IMG/VR virus record: IMGVR_UViG_3300049484_000358
Span: 1-53,296 of that record
Length of the DNA stretch: 53,296 nucleotides
Source of the DNA: a virus
Taxonomy: Duplodnaviria; Caudoviricetes
Reading direction: 5' to 3' (one strand)
Part shown: in pieces, positions 1 through 9,282 of the stretch
How the letters are laid out: every line of letters starts with the position of its first letter
Numbering within the stretch: position 1 is the first letter of the stretch
Notes under the pieces: model-generated
Database searches by the model: none
What the model was told of the DNA's origin: nothing
Seen by the model: only the letters and a program-made list of their open reading frames with translations
Translations under genes and position numbers: made by a program

Positions 1-7
1 ACCCACA

Positions 8-38
8 CCCCCCCCCCCCCCCCCGGGGGGGGGGGGGG
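8..38. repeat. Homopolymer tracts C17 (8-24) and G14 (25-38) at the contig start; probable assembly break
   Basis: Read directly. A G13 tract also lies at 53265-53277, followed by a degraded version of the sequence that follows the G tract at the start. Confidence 0.8.
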
Positions 39-65
39 CCGGAAGATGTTTTTCAATCTAGATAT

Positions 66-110
66 ATCATACTCCTTTTTTGTAATGAAGAACATCAGCT
101 ATTCTGTCAC
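66..110 (-). promoter_or_regulatory. Putative leftward early promoter (TGACA box, -10 TATGAT) reading across the genome junction into ORF 53241..52927
   Basis: On - strand: GTGACA-33 nt-TATGAT, close to the 31-32 nt spacing of five other early promoters. Confidence 0.45.
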
Positions 111-142
111 TTTTTGTAATGAAAGATTTTCAATGTTTTTAT

Positions 143-322
143 ATGACATTCATTACATTTGTCATGCCAAGTAGTATGACATTTGTAATATTTTGTCATA
201 TTTTATGACATTTGATGTGATTGTAATGGTGTTTCATATGATTGTCATGCTGAAAAGCTGATGAAAGTAATTAAAATGTGTAACATTATACAAGAATGAA
301 TGTCACATTATACAACCTGACA
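143..322. repeat. AT-rich array of TGTCA/TGACA boxes (operator- or iteron-like)
   Basis: About 8 copies, including palindromes TGTCATG-N8-TATGACA (160-181) and TGTCATA-N3-TATGACA (194-210). Confidence 0.7.
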
Positions 323-549
323 TTTGACTCTTTTTATCATGATTTTTATTTCCAGCAGTGGACAAAGCCCGAAAATAATTTTTGGGGAAAATTTGAAAAT
401 CATTTTCGGCGGCTCCCAGCTCTCCGGTTCCCTGTGCACAATTCACACCGATTACGTTAATTGTCTACAAACTGAAAATCTAAAAGTTTAACAATTAACA
501 CCTGTTATCTGCACAACTGCACACCTGACCACCACCAAGAAACTGCTAG

Positions 550-589
550 AAACTGGGCTATTCTCCTCTCAGACAAAACATGTTATAAT
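550..589 (+). promoter_or_regulatory. Late promoter 1 (upstream of terS)
   Basis: AAACTGGGCTATTCTCCTCT-N14-TATAAT with extended TG; the 20-mer and spacing are identical at 6499-6538. Confidence 0.75.
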
Positions 590-679
590 TAAACAGGCAG
601 CCGGTCTGCAGTTCTACTCGCACCTTTGCCTCTCCACGCTTTCGCGTGAAAACCCTGCTGGCAATGACCAAGGAGCACC

Positions 680-1414
680 ATGCCCTCTTACGATTTACTT
701 CACCACACTGCCCAAGAGCAACATTTGACCGACCTTGAGCTGCGTTTTGTTATGCAATACTTAATTCATTTCAATGCAAAACGAGCCGCCGCAGAGGCGG
801 GGTACAATAGTGATCGACCTGGCGGCATAGCCGCTGAACTACTGCATAAACCCTATATCGTCAACGTCATCAAACAACGAATGAAAGACATGGTGATGGA
901 CGCCGACGAGGCCCTCGCCCGCTTAGCAGCCATTGCCCGGGCGGACATAACCGACTTTTACACTCTAAACCCTGCTACTGGTTTTTGGGAACCCGACATC
1001 CAGAGAATCAAAGACTCTGGAATGGGCTTCCTCGTTCGCAAAATTGAGCAAAACCGCTTCGGGACGTTAAACGTGGAATTCTACTCCGCCACAGAAGCTA
1101 TCCAATTAATCGCTAAGAATTTGGGCCTGCTTAAAGACGTGCCGCAGATCAACTTGAACGTGGCCCTTGGTGAATGGGCCCAATTCGTCAAGAAAGCCCG
1201 TGAACTGCCCCAGCCGGTTTCCAAGCTGCCGCCCGGTGCGGAAGAGGCTTACGCAAAACTCCGCCGTGACGTGGCGAACGCCGACATCGACCCCATGTCC
1301 ATCGGCCACTCCATCGATTCCATCGGAGATCCCACGCAACCCCTGCCAGACTCCACTTTGGCGGACATCATCGATGGCACCTTCACCGACAAACCCACCA
1401 CCGAAACCGACTAA
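680..1414 (+). CDS. terS: Terminase small subunit
   Basis: RFV..YL..FNA.RAA..AGY HTH motif; RBS AAGGAG; directly upstream of terL. Confidence 0.9.
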   Translation: MPSYDLLHHTAQEQHLTDLELRFVMQYLIHFNAKRAAAEAGYNSDRPGGIAAELLHKPYIVNVIKQRMKDMVMDADEALARLAAIARADITDFYTLNPATGFWEPDIQRIKDSGMGFLVRKIEQNRFGTLNVEFYSATEAIQLIAKNLGLLKDVPQINLNVALGEWAQFVKKARELPQPVSKLPPGAEEAYAKLRRDVANADIDPMSIGHSIDSIGDPTQPLPDSTLADIIDGTFTDKPTTETD

Positions 1415-2880
1415 TGCAGCAGTCCCAAACCCTCACGGACTCCGACATCGACGCCTCTCTCCGCGAGGCGGAAATCTCACCCGCTGACGTGCTCTTCGAT
1501 CCCGAAGAATTCGCTGCCCATTTCCTGTGGATTCTCAACAAACAAAAGCAATCCACCCTGCTCCGCTACAACGCCGCCCAACGCCACTTCATGGCCCACC
1601 GAACTGGGCGTGACTTAATACTTAAAGCTCGCCAACTGGGTTTCTCCACCGCTGTGCAAGGCGAGATGTTCCGCCGCGCCATCACCAGTACTCGTACCAC
1701 GATGACAATGGCGCATGACGATCAAACCACCCAAAAACTCCGCCGCATCCAGGAACGGTTCTGGGAACACTGCCGCATCGCCACCGTCCAACCCGCCCGG
1801 GCCATCTCTAATGCGGTGTTGGTAACCTATCCGGACTTCGACTCCACTTGCGTAATTGCCACTGCTGGTTCGAAGGAAGCGGGTCGTGGTGACACATACA
1901 CTGACTTCCACGGCAGTGAAGTGGCATTCTGGCCCGATGCCGAACGCATCCTCGCAGGCGCGATGCAGGGTGGTGATCCCGACGTCGTACTCGAGTCCAC
2001 ACCAAATGGTTCCGTTGGTTGGTTCTATGAACGATGTATGGATGCCATGCGCGGTGATCCCACGTGGAAACTCCATTTTTATCCGTGGTGGTGGGACGTA
2101 GACTACAAACTGCCGCTCGCCGAAAATGAAAAGTTGGAATTCGACGATGAGGAAAAATATCTAATCGGTGAATACAACCTAACGGCAGAACAGATAAAGT
2201 GGCGCCGAAAAAAGAAAAGTGAACTCAAACGCCTCTTCCCACAAGAATATCCCGAATCACCCGAACTCTGTTTCCTCGGCAGTGGCGATTCCTACTTCGG
2301 TGACATCGAACGCTCCTTCGCCGCTCCCGCTTACGCGGAACCCAAACTGCTGTCGGAAGTTCGTGAATCAGGATTGGAAATTCCGCCTCACAAATACTCC
2401 GCCGGCCTCGACTGGGGCCAAGAAAATGATTACACTGTACTGTCAATACTTGACATCACTACAAAACAACAAGTGGATTTGTATCGAGTTAATCGACTCA
2501 GCTGGGGTGAAATTCGCAAACGCGTCGCCACCCGTCTCCATCACTGGGGTATCAAAACAGTCGTGGCGGAAGCCAACAGCATCGGCAGTGTAAACATCGA
2601 AGAACTTCGCAAACTCGAAATTTCCGTCGTCCCCTTCAACACCACCAACACCACCAAGTCCGACTTAATGTCCGACTTGTACAACGCTCTCCACGAAGAA
2701 AATTTAACCCTGCTGTCGCAACCTGACATCAAACACCAATTCAATTCATTTGTATCCACAAAACTTGCATCTGGTGCATGGCGCATCGCTGCCTCTGGCC
2801 ACGGCCACGACGACATCGTAATCGCCACCGGCCTTTCGTGGTTTGCGCGCAAATACATAAAGGTGCAAGTATGGCCGTAA
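1414..2880 (+). CDS. terL: Terminase large subunit
   Basis: LKARQLGFST Walker A, SEVAFW Walker B, ESTPNG coupling motif, GLDWG and HDDIVIA nuclease motifs. Confidence 0.95.
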   Translation: MQQSQTLTDSDIDASLREAEISPADVLFDPEEFAAHFLWILNKQKQSTLLRYNAAQRHFMAHRTGRDLILKARQLGFSTAVQGEMFRRAITSTRTTMTMAHDDQTTQKLRRIQERFWEHCRIATVQPARAISNAVLVTYPDFDSTCVIATAGSKEAGRGDTYTDFHGSEVAFWPDAERILAGAMQGGDPDVVLESTPNGSVGWFYERCMDAMRGDPTWKLHFYPWWWDVDYKLPLAENEKLEFDDEEKYLIGEYNLTAEQIKWRRKKKSELKRLFPQEYPESPELCFLGSGDSYFGDIERSFAAPAYAEPKLLSEVRESGLEIPPHKYSAGLDWGQENDYTVLSILDITTKQQVDLYRVNRLSWGEIRKRVATRLHHWGIKTVVAEANSIGSVNIEELRKLEISVVPFNTTNTTKSDLMSDLYNALHEENLTLLSQPDIKHQFNSFVSTKLASGAWRIAASGHGHDDIVIATGLSWFARKYIKVQVWP

Positions 2881-3197
2881 AAGTCGAACCCCAATTAAAA
2901 CCCACTGCTGGCATGATCACCATTCCAATTACCTATGGTATTTGGATTATTGGTCAAGGATGGCTTCGTGACACCAACGGCCGTTACTTCGCAGACCCCC
3001 GACTCGACTACGCCAAAACTGCACTGAAAATGTGGGTGGTAAACAAAAACACTGCGCGCATTGAACTGATCGACGATAGTATGATCGGTTTACAATCATT
3101 GTTTATTGAACGAGAACGGTATAAAATTGAACAGCGTGCAAGTAACAAGTCGTTGTTGTCCCGATTACGGAGATACTTATATGGCTTACTGGGATGA
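2871..3197 (+). CDS. Hypothetical protein (108 aa)
   Basis: ATG at 2871 overlaps the terL end; fills the gap to the portal gene. Confidence 0.6.
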   Translation: MAVKVEPQLKPTAGMITIPITYGIWIIGQGWLRDTNGRYFADPRLDYAKTALKMWVVNKNTARIELIDDSMIGLQSLFIERERYKIEQRASNKSLLSRLRRYLYGLLG

Positions 3198-4737
3198 ATT
3201 ACGCCAATCAGATGCATACAAACCGTATACGGGAGAAAAAACCCACTCTACGGCTTTCGCCGCTCAATATCCACTTTATGAGCAGCAAACACCACAATAC
3301 ACTTCGCCCTCACCTTATTCACTAGCGCAGCAGGGTTATCGTACCAACACCCTAATTTACGCATGCATTGAAAAACGCCTGCGTGCTGTCGGTGGTGCAC
3401 CGATGCTCATTTACGATACCACATCATCTTTGCCAACAGTTGTGAATGGGCTTAAAGAGCACGGGGTTCTAAAGAATCCCAATGATCGTTTAAGTGAGCG
3501 GCAGTTCTGGCAGATCACCCAATTATATCTCGACATCTCAGGCTTTTCCGCCTGGGAAATCGAATTTAACAATGCTGGTGAACCAATTCGTTTATGGCCG
3601 ATGCGCTCCGATTGGTGTTCGTTTATGCGAGGCGACGGCCGTCCACTGCGTGCCGTCCGCTACCAGCCATACGGACTTCCATACCAAGACATACCGATCG
3701 AAAACGTCCTACTCTTCCAGTACTTTGATCCGCTCTTCCCACTGCTGAAAGGCTATAGTCCGACTATGGCCGCCCTGCGGGATATTTCTGTCGATAGCGG
3801 TATGACCCAATTCCTGTACAAATTCATTAGTGAAGGTGCGAGATTTTCCGGGTTGCTCACCACCGAACAAGACTTAGATGACATTGAAGCGGAACGCATT
3901 AGACAACGGTGGACCACCCAGCATGGTGGTGTTGAAAATTGGAATAACATCGCCGTACTTGGTCGTGGTGCTTCGTACCAAAACACCAGCATGAGTTTTA
4001 ATGATATGGCTTTTCCAGAACTCGATGGACGTACTGAAGCGCGCATTTGTATGGCATTCGGAATTTCACCAATTCTTATTGGTACCAAAATTGGTCTTGA
4101 TGCTTCAACATACTCCAACTACGCGCAAGCTCGTCGGGCGTGGTATGAAGAGTGGGTTACACCGCAGTGGGAATTCTTAGCCGAACAGTTTGGGTCACAA
4201 ATGCTTCGAACAGAAAAACCTGGTGGCGTGTATGTTGCAAATACCGCATACTCCTGTGCATTCAATACCAGAAATGTAGCCGCCCTGCAAGAGAATAGGG
4301 ACTTAGCATTTCGCCGTGCAGTATCCGCCGTGCGCGCGAACCTGCTCACTCGCGATCAAGGCCTGCAGGAAATTGGTCTCGATCCCGTGGATAACAAACG
4401 TGTTTACATCGGCGCCGCAATCCGTGTCGGCGAAGATACCACCGGAACGTTACTATCAAATATCGAGGGAGTGGATATCGACGATATAACTCCAGATGGT
4501 GAAGATTCACAAGGAGACTTTGCAGTTACCAATAGTGTATTTGGTACCGGTAAAGAACAGCAGTTTCCAAATGACCTGCAAACGGCAGATCCAGCGCAAG
4601 CGTTGGAAGAACGGCAGTTTAAAGCTTTCGCCCACAAACGCATTCGTGAAGGTAAACCCGAAGAGCTTCACAACTTCAGTTGGAAAAACACGCCTCCAGC
4701 GCAAATACCCCTGCTGATTGAAAAATATTCAAAATGA
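3181..4737 (+). CDS. Portal protein (HK97-like)
   Basis: RBS GGAGA before ATG 3181; NPN..LS..QFW, P.RLWP, GYSP, ICMAFGISP.LIG..STYSNY motifs. Confidence 0.93.
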   Translation: MAYWDELRQSDAYKPYTGEKTHSTAFAAQYPLYEQQTPQYTSPSPYSLAQQGYRTNTLIYACIEKRLRAVGGAPMLIYDTTSSLPTVVNGLKEHGVLKNPNDRLSERQFWQITQLYLDISGFSAWEIEFNNAGEPIRLWPMRSDWCSFMRGDGRPLRAVRYQPYGLPYQDIPIENVLLFQYFDPLFPLLKGYSPTMAALRDISVDSGMTQFLYKFISEGARFSGLLTTEQDLDDIEAERIRQRWTTQHGGVENWNNIAVLGRGASYQNTSMSFNDMAFPELDGRTEARICMAFGISPILIGTKIGLDASTYSNYAQARRAWYEEWVTPQWEFLAEQFGSQMLRTEKPGGVYVANTAYSCAFNTRNVAALQENRDLAFRRAVSAVRANLLTRDQGLQEIGLDPVDNKRVYIGAAIRVGEDTTGTLLSNIEGVDIDDITPDGEDSQGDFAVTNSVFGTGKEQQFPNDLQTADPAQALEERQFKAFAHKRIREGKPEELHNFSWKNTPPAQIPLLIEKYSK

Positions 4738-5270
4738 TAACCATTGAGATAGACGTTCAAGACGTTAAAGAATTGTACGAGGATTTAACCCCTCGTCGAA
4801 TTGCTATTGCTTTACGACGAGCCGTAAAACGTTTATCACCATTAGCCATAGAATATGCAAGCCAACCTACTGAAGGTTGGGATCATGATGTATCCTTTTT
4901 AGTTCGTCCAAATGTTCATGCTGGATCCGATGAAGCTAGTCTTGAAATATCCACTGATGATGAAATATATAATTGGATAGATAAAGGAACTCCTCCACAC
5001 AAGATTGTTGCTAAACGTGGAAAATCACTGAAATTTTTGGGCGAACCTAATAAAATGTATCAACCAAAAACGATGCCGTACAGTTTAGCATCGCAAGAGT
5101 TGATATACGAAGGTACTGAAATACAACCAGCTTATGTAATGCATCCTGGAGTTGAAGCTCGTGAATTTGGACCTGAAATTCTAATGTATCTATATCCAGA
5201 TATGGTACCAATAGTGCGTGAAGAATTATCGGCTGCATGGTCACGCCAGCAAAACTATAGACCGAGATAG
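4734..5270 (+). CDS. HK97 gp10-like / tail-completion-type virion protein
   Basis: GTPPHKI..K.GK.LKF...V.HPG motif. Confidence 0.6.
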   Translation: MITIEIDVQDVKELYEDLTPRRIAIALRRAVKRLSPLAIEYASQPTEGWDHDVSFLVRPNVHAGSDEASLEISTDDEIYNWIDKGTPPHKIVAKRGKSLKFLGEPNKMYQPKTMPYSLASQELIYEGTEIQPAYVMHPGVEAREFGPEILMYLYPDMVPIVREELSAAWSRQQNYRPR

Positions 5271-5280
5271 TGGAGGTTAG

Positions 5281-5784
5281 ATGTTACTCAAACCTGAAAT
5301 TCGAAATATGTTGAAAGAACAAATTACCGTAGAACTAACTAATATGGCGTTCTATAGGCAGTGCGGCCTGGTTTTGGACAATGCGGGCTGGTTTGGATCA
5401 GCCAAATGGTTCTTAAAACAGTCATCGGAAGAGCAAGAACACTCCGATACTATCGCCAAGTACTTCTTGGACCGTTCAAGGGACGCTGACCTTGGGGTGA
5501 CTTTTTATAGCCATGTTATAGTACCTGATCTGCCAGAAACTGTCCTGTTATCCATGTTTCAAGCTGTTTATGTAGCTGAATTGGCTAATACGGAACGCCT
5601 CTTAGGCATTTATGAAGCCGCTATGATGACTATGGACTTCCAAACAACCTCATTCCTACATAGTTTTATTATTGAGCAATCAAATTCTGAAGCGGAAATA
5701 ACAACCCTGCTGGCCAGGTTGGAAACAATGACCGGTGACCGTGCTGCCTTAGAGGCATTTGATCAAAGTCTAGTGATAGACTAA
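5281..5784 (+). CDS. Ferritin-like protein
   Basis: EQI..EL.N..FY, WF.KQS.EE.EH, E, FL..FI.EQ ferroxidase-centre pattern; RBS GGAGG. Confidence 0.88.
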   Translation: MLLKPEIRNMLKEQITVELTNMAFYRQCGLVLDNAGWFGSAKWFLKQSSEEQEHSDTIAKYFLDRSRDADLGVTFYSHVIVPDLPETVLLSMFQAVYVAELANTERLLGIYEAAMMTMDFQTTSFLHSFIIEQSNSEAEITTLLARLETMTGDRAALEAFDQSLVID

Positions 5785-5811
5785 TTATTCGGCAATGTAC
5801 CGGAGGTACCA

Positions 5812-6498
5812 ATGAGTAAGTTAGCGCAAGATCTTAAAACGCATATCCTGCAAGGTGATCCATACGAGAAGTTTGACTGGAGAAAATATCCAGATGATAT
5901 ATCTGGAGGTGAAATTTATCCAGACATGAAAGAAATTCTCGACTTGGTGAAACCTAATTTTGTAATTGAAGTTGGAACCTGGAAAGGTGCATCAGCTATA
6001 CATATGGCAGATGTACTTGCAATGCAGGGTAACAAAGATTTTACGATTCTTTGTATTGATACGTGGTTAGGTTCAATTGAACATTATATCATAGATCCAA
6101 GTAATCCCACTTGGGGGTTATCTGAACGAGTGTTCGGTGTTCCAACTACATATTATCAATTTCTTTCAAACGTTTGTCGTCGGGGCCTGCAGGAAAATAT
6201 CGTTCCATTTCCTAACACATCAGCAATCGCATATCAATGGTTTGTAATGCAGGAATCGCTGCAAGCTGATTTCATTTTCATTGATGCCGATCACAGTGAA
6301 GATGAGTGTTATCTCGATATTAAACGATGGTACGAAATGCTAGCTCCTGGTGGTGTTATGGCTGGTGATGATTTTGATCCGGCTTTTCATGGCGTCATTG
6401 CTGCTGTAAATAAATTCAGTCGTGAAATGCATCTTAAGTTCATTCGAACAGAATACCGACATTGGATGATTCAAAAACCTCCAATTAAAAACTCATGA
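5812..6498 (+). CDS. Class I SAM-dependent methyltransferase (Methyltransf_24-like)
   Basis: IEVGTWKGAS, CIDTWLGS, FIFIDADH, LAPGG..AGDD. Confidence 0.88.
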   Translation: MSKLAQDLKTHILQGDPYEKFDWRKYPDDISGGEIYPDMKEILDLVKPNFVIEVGTWKGASAIHMADVLAMQGNKDFTILCIDTWLGSIEHYIIDPSNPTWGLSERVFGVPTTYYQFLSNVCRRGLQENIVPFPNTSAIAYQWFVMQESLQADFIFIDADHSEDECYLDIKRWYEMLAPGGVMAGDDFDPAFHGVIAAVNKFSREMHLKFIRTEYRHWMIQKPPIKNS

Positions 6499-6538
6499 AA
6501 ACTGGGCTATTCTCCTCTTGGGGTTTTCATGATATAAT
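6499..6538 (+). promoter_or_regulatory. Late promoter 2 (upstream of protease/capsid)
   Basis: Same 20-mer + N14 + TATAAT as 550-589. Confidence 0.75.
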
Positions 6539-6580
6539 TAGTTAGTAAGGACACAGCGTCCGGTTTACGGAGAAATACGC

Positions 6581-7366
6581 ATGAATGATACAGTTAAAAA
6601 CGCAATGCAAGCAGCCGCCAAAGTAATGTCGGCTACTGGTGACGAATCTGGTGGAAACTGGATCCTGTCCGATGATAAAAAATCCAAAGTTTGCAAAGAC
6701 TGCGGCGTGTCATTTGGATTAAATGAAAAACACGAATGCAAACCTGCTGGAAAATCTTTGGATGTCACTTACGCCAAATCCATGGGACTTGGTATTCCGG
6801 ATGACCAGCTTTCAAAACTTCTGGCGGTTAAAACTGTTGGGACAAATCGTATTTTTCATTATGCGTTTTTATGGGGTAACCCAAACGTCACTGACATTGA
6901 ACAAGAATACTTCACCAAATCCACAGATTTGTGGGATAAGGTTATGAAGGGTGTAACCCGCCCGCTGACCTGGGACCACGCAATGGATCTGTCCATGAAA
7001 GCCGATCCAGTCATCGGTAAAACTTTGGAATATGGCGATGATGATCTTGGCCGTTGGGCTATTTCACAGTTGGATACCGCCCATGCATATCGGGCTGCGA
7101 TCGACATGCTGATTGAGGCGGGTGTGCTCGGTAGTTCGAGTGATTCAGCTCCACAGTATGTTGAAAAAGTGCAAACAGGTAAATCATACTGGCTTAAGAC
7201 GTGGCCGTGGTTTGCTACTGCTTTGACGGTAACACCCTGCGAACCTCGCATGGTTGAGACCGTCGATTATTTTAAATCGATCGGGATTGAAATTCCAAAC
7301 CCAGAGGCGCCTGTGTCGCAGACGCGGGAAATGGTTCTAAAAGCCCGTCGTATTTTCACTCTTTAA
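6581..7366 (+). CDS. Prohead protease with N-terminal CxxC..HxC segment
   Basis: D..EYF, W.H, G.W, LG.SS, LT.TP.EPR pattern; lies just before the capsid gene. Confidence 0.75.
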   Translation: MNDTVKNAMQAAAKVMSATGDESGGNWILSDDKKSKVCKDCGVSFGLNEKHECKPAGKSLDVTYAKSMGLGIPDDQLSKLLAVKTVGTNRIFHYAFLWGNPNVTDIEQEYFTKSTDLWDKVMKGVTRPLTWDHAMDLSMKADPVIGKTLEYGDDDLGRWAISQLDTAHAYRAAIDMLIEAGVLGSSSDSAPQYVEKVQTGKSYWLKTWPWFATALTVTPCEPRMVETVDYFKSIGIEIPNPEAPVSQTREMVLKARRIFTL

Positions 7367-7379
7367 TTGGAGAAAAGGT

Positions 7380-8780
7380 ATGACTACTAAGTTGCAAGTT
7401 GAACTCAAAAACCTCCGGGATCAAGCGCTCCAGATCGAAAAAGATCAGGGCGAAGCCTCGTGGACGGAGGATGCTCTCAAAACCTATACTGGCATCGTTG
7501 ATCGTGCCGAGGTTATTCGCTCTCAGATTGATGCTCAGACCCGCATGGATGCGGTGAAGAAATGGTCTGAGGAATCTGATGGTCGTTCATTTGTCAATGC
7601 AGGGTTTAACCGCGTTGCCGGTCCTGGTGAAGGCATCATCCCTGGCGTTGGTGATGACAATGGTGAGATGGTTGCGTACAGTGAAGTTGGCGAGCAGAAC
7701 CTCGCCATTCTCAAGTCCGCCGCTTACCGTGATGCTTATGCCCAGCACATCCGCGCCAAATCCAAATACGGTCCCGATTGGCGGGCTGGTTTAAAAGCCG
7801 GCGCTATGAAGGTTCTTTCCGCGGGTACTGATGAGTCCGGCGGCTTTTGGATGCCTCCAGATTACCGCAGTGAACTGATCAAGAAAATGGCCGCCGGCGC
7901 GACTGTTCGCCCAAATGCCACCGTTATCACTACCGGTACTGACCTGGTCACCTTCCCGACGGTTAAGTACACCACCGATCAGAAGTATACCTCTGGTGTT
8001 CGTTTTGCTTGGAATGGTGACGCCCCTGCCGCAAACATTTCAGAATCGACGAACCCAGTTGCTGGACGCGATTTGATTCCAGTCCATGTAGCTACCGCCG
8101 CGATCTTCCTGGCCCGTTCAATGATGGAAGACAACAGCTTCGACGTTCTCGGATACATTTCCGAGCTCATGTCCGAAGCCTTCACCTTGGGTGAAGAAGA
8201 CACTTTCTGGACCGGCGATGGTGCAGGTAAACCAGAGGGTATTATGTCTCATGCACAGGCCGCCGTTGCTAATGGAACTGGCGACGGTATGCTGATCAAT
8301 TCTGGCCATGCCACGGGTATTGTGTGGGGTGCAACAAATGCTCCTACGACTTACGTTACCAAGGGTGTTCTCGGCCTGGAAAATGCACTGCCTCCGCAGT
8401 ACGAAAACAACGCCAAGTGGTTCGCCAACAAGAATACCTATTCCACGATTCGTGGATTGGTTGACAGTCAGGCTCGCCCGCTGTGGCAGCAGACCGACGC
8501 TCCAGGTCTCACCAACTACGTTAGGGGTCTCCCCTCCACCTTGCTTGGTTATGACGTTGTAAAGAGTCAGTTCCTCGCCGATCTCGGTGTAGGCGGCAAC
8601 AAGGCTATGGCCTTCGGCGATCTTCGCGGTTACTACATCGCCGATCGTGTTGGTATCTCTATCGAGGTCTTCCGTGAAGTTCTCGGCCTGCGTGACCTGG
8701 TTGCCGTGTATGCCCGCAAACGCGTTGGTGGACAACTGCTCCACCCCTGGCGCGTCAAGGTCATGCAGTGCGCTGCGTAA
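7380..8780 (+). CDS. Major capsid protein (HK97 fold)
   Basis: GGFWMP, GDGAGKPEGI, LLGY.V, FGDL.GY.I.DR, R.GG motifs; N-terminal coiled-coil delta domain. Confidence 0.95.
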   Translation: MTTKLQVELKNLRDQALQIEKDQGEASWTEDALKTYTGIVDRAEVIRSQIDAQTRMDAVKKWSEESDGRSFVNAGFNRVAGPGEGIIPGVGDDNGEMVAYSEVGEQNLAILKSAAYRDAYAQHIRAKSKYGPDWRAGLKAGAMKVLSAGTDESGGFWMPPDYRSELIKKMAAGATVRPNATVITTGTDLVTFPTVKYTTDQKYTSGVRFAWNGDAPAANISESTNPVAGRDLIPVHVATAAIFLARSMMEDNSFDVLGYISELMSEAFTLGEEDTFWTGDGAGKPEGIMSHAQAAVANGTGDGMLINSGHATGIVWGATNAPTTYVTKGVLGLENALPPQYENNAKWFANKNTYSTIRGLVDSQARPLWQQTDAPGLTNYVRGLPSTLLGYDVVKSQFLADLGVGGNKAMAFGDLRGYYIADRVGISIEVFREVLGLRDLVAVYARKRVGGQLLHPWRVKVMQCAA

Positions 8781-8839
8781 CCTCCTAAGGTTAACGTCCA
8801 ACTCATTGAAAACAAGACGAACCAAAAAGGAATTAACAA

Positions 8840-9220
8840 ATGAACTCCAAACAGTACGAAGTAAAAACCCTGCTGAACTCCGCAGGAGCCACCCAAGCGG
8901 CGGCTGGTACCACTCAGGATCTTGGATCTTCACCGTCGATTCAACGGCGTGAGGTGAAGGTTATCGTTGGGTCCCAGGTTTTGACAGCCGGAACTTTCCC
9001 GCTGACCTTAACCGAATGTGACACGACCAACGGGACGTTCTCCGCCGTCGATGGTGATTCTATTGTCAGTGTTACGGCGACTCAGGCCGCTGTGGCTGTG
9101 GCCGAATACCACGTCAAACCCGCCAAGCGGTACATTAAGGCCTCGATCGGAACCGTCTCCGGTACCGGTGCCGCCGCAAACCTGCTTGTTTTGATGCTGC
9201 CGCTTAAACGGCACGCTTAG
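8840..9220 (+). CDS. Probable head decoration / virion protein
   Basis: Small beta-rich protein after the capsid gene (L.ECDT..G.F, KRYIK). Confidence 0.55.
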   Translation: MNSKQYEVKTLLNSAGATQAAAGTTQDLGSSPSIQRREVKVIVGSQVLTAGTFPLTLTECDTTNGTFSAVDGDSIVSVTATQAAVAVAEYHVKPAKRYIKASIGTVSGTGAAANLLVLMLPLKRHA

Positions 9221-9242
9221 TCCAGTCTCCCTCATTCTGGGC

Positions 9243-9272
9243 GTCCCGGCGGTTAGCAATAACCGCCGGGAC
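9243..9272. terminator. Strong hairpin after capsid/decoration genes (13 bp stem, GCAA loop)
   Basis: GTCCCGGCGGTTA-GCAA-TAACCGCCGGGAC followed by an A-run rather than a U-run, so it may stabilise the transcript rather than terminate it. Confidence 0.6.
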
Positions 9273-9282
9273 AAAAAAGAAA

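Noticed and set aside
258-264. CTGATGA hammerhead core in the left intergenic region, and other copies inside genes
   Set aside because: No flanking stems or properly placed GAAA/UH.
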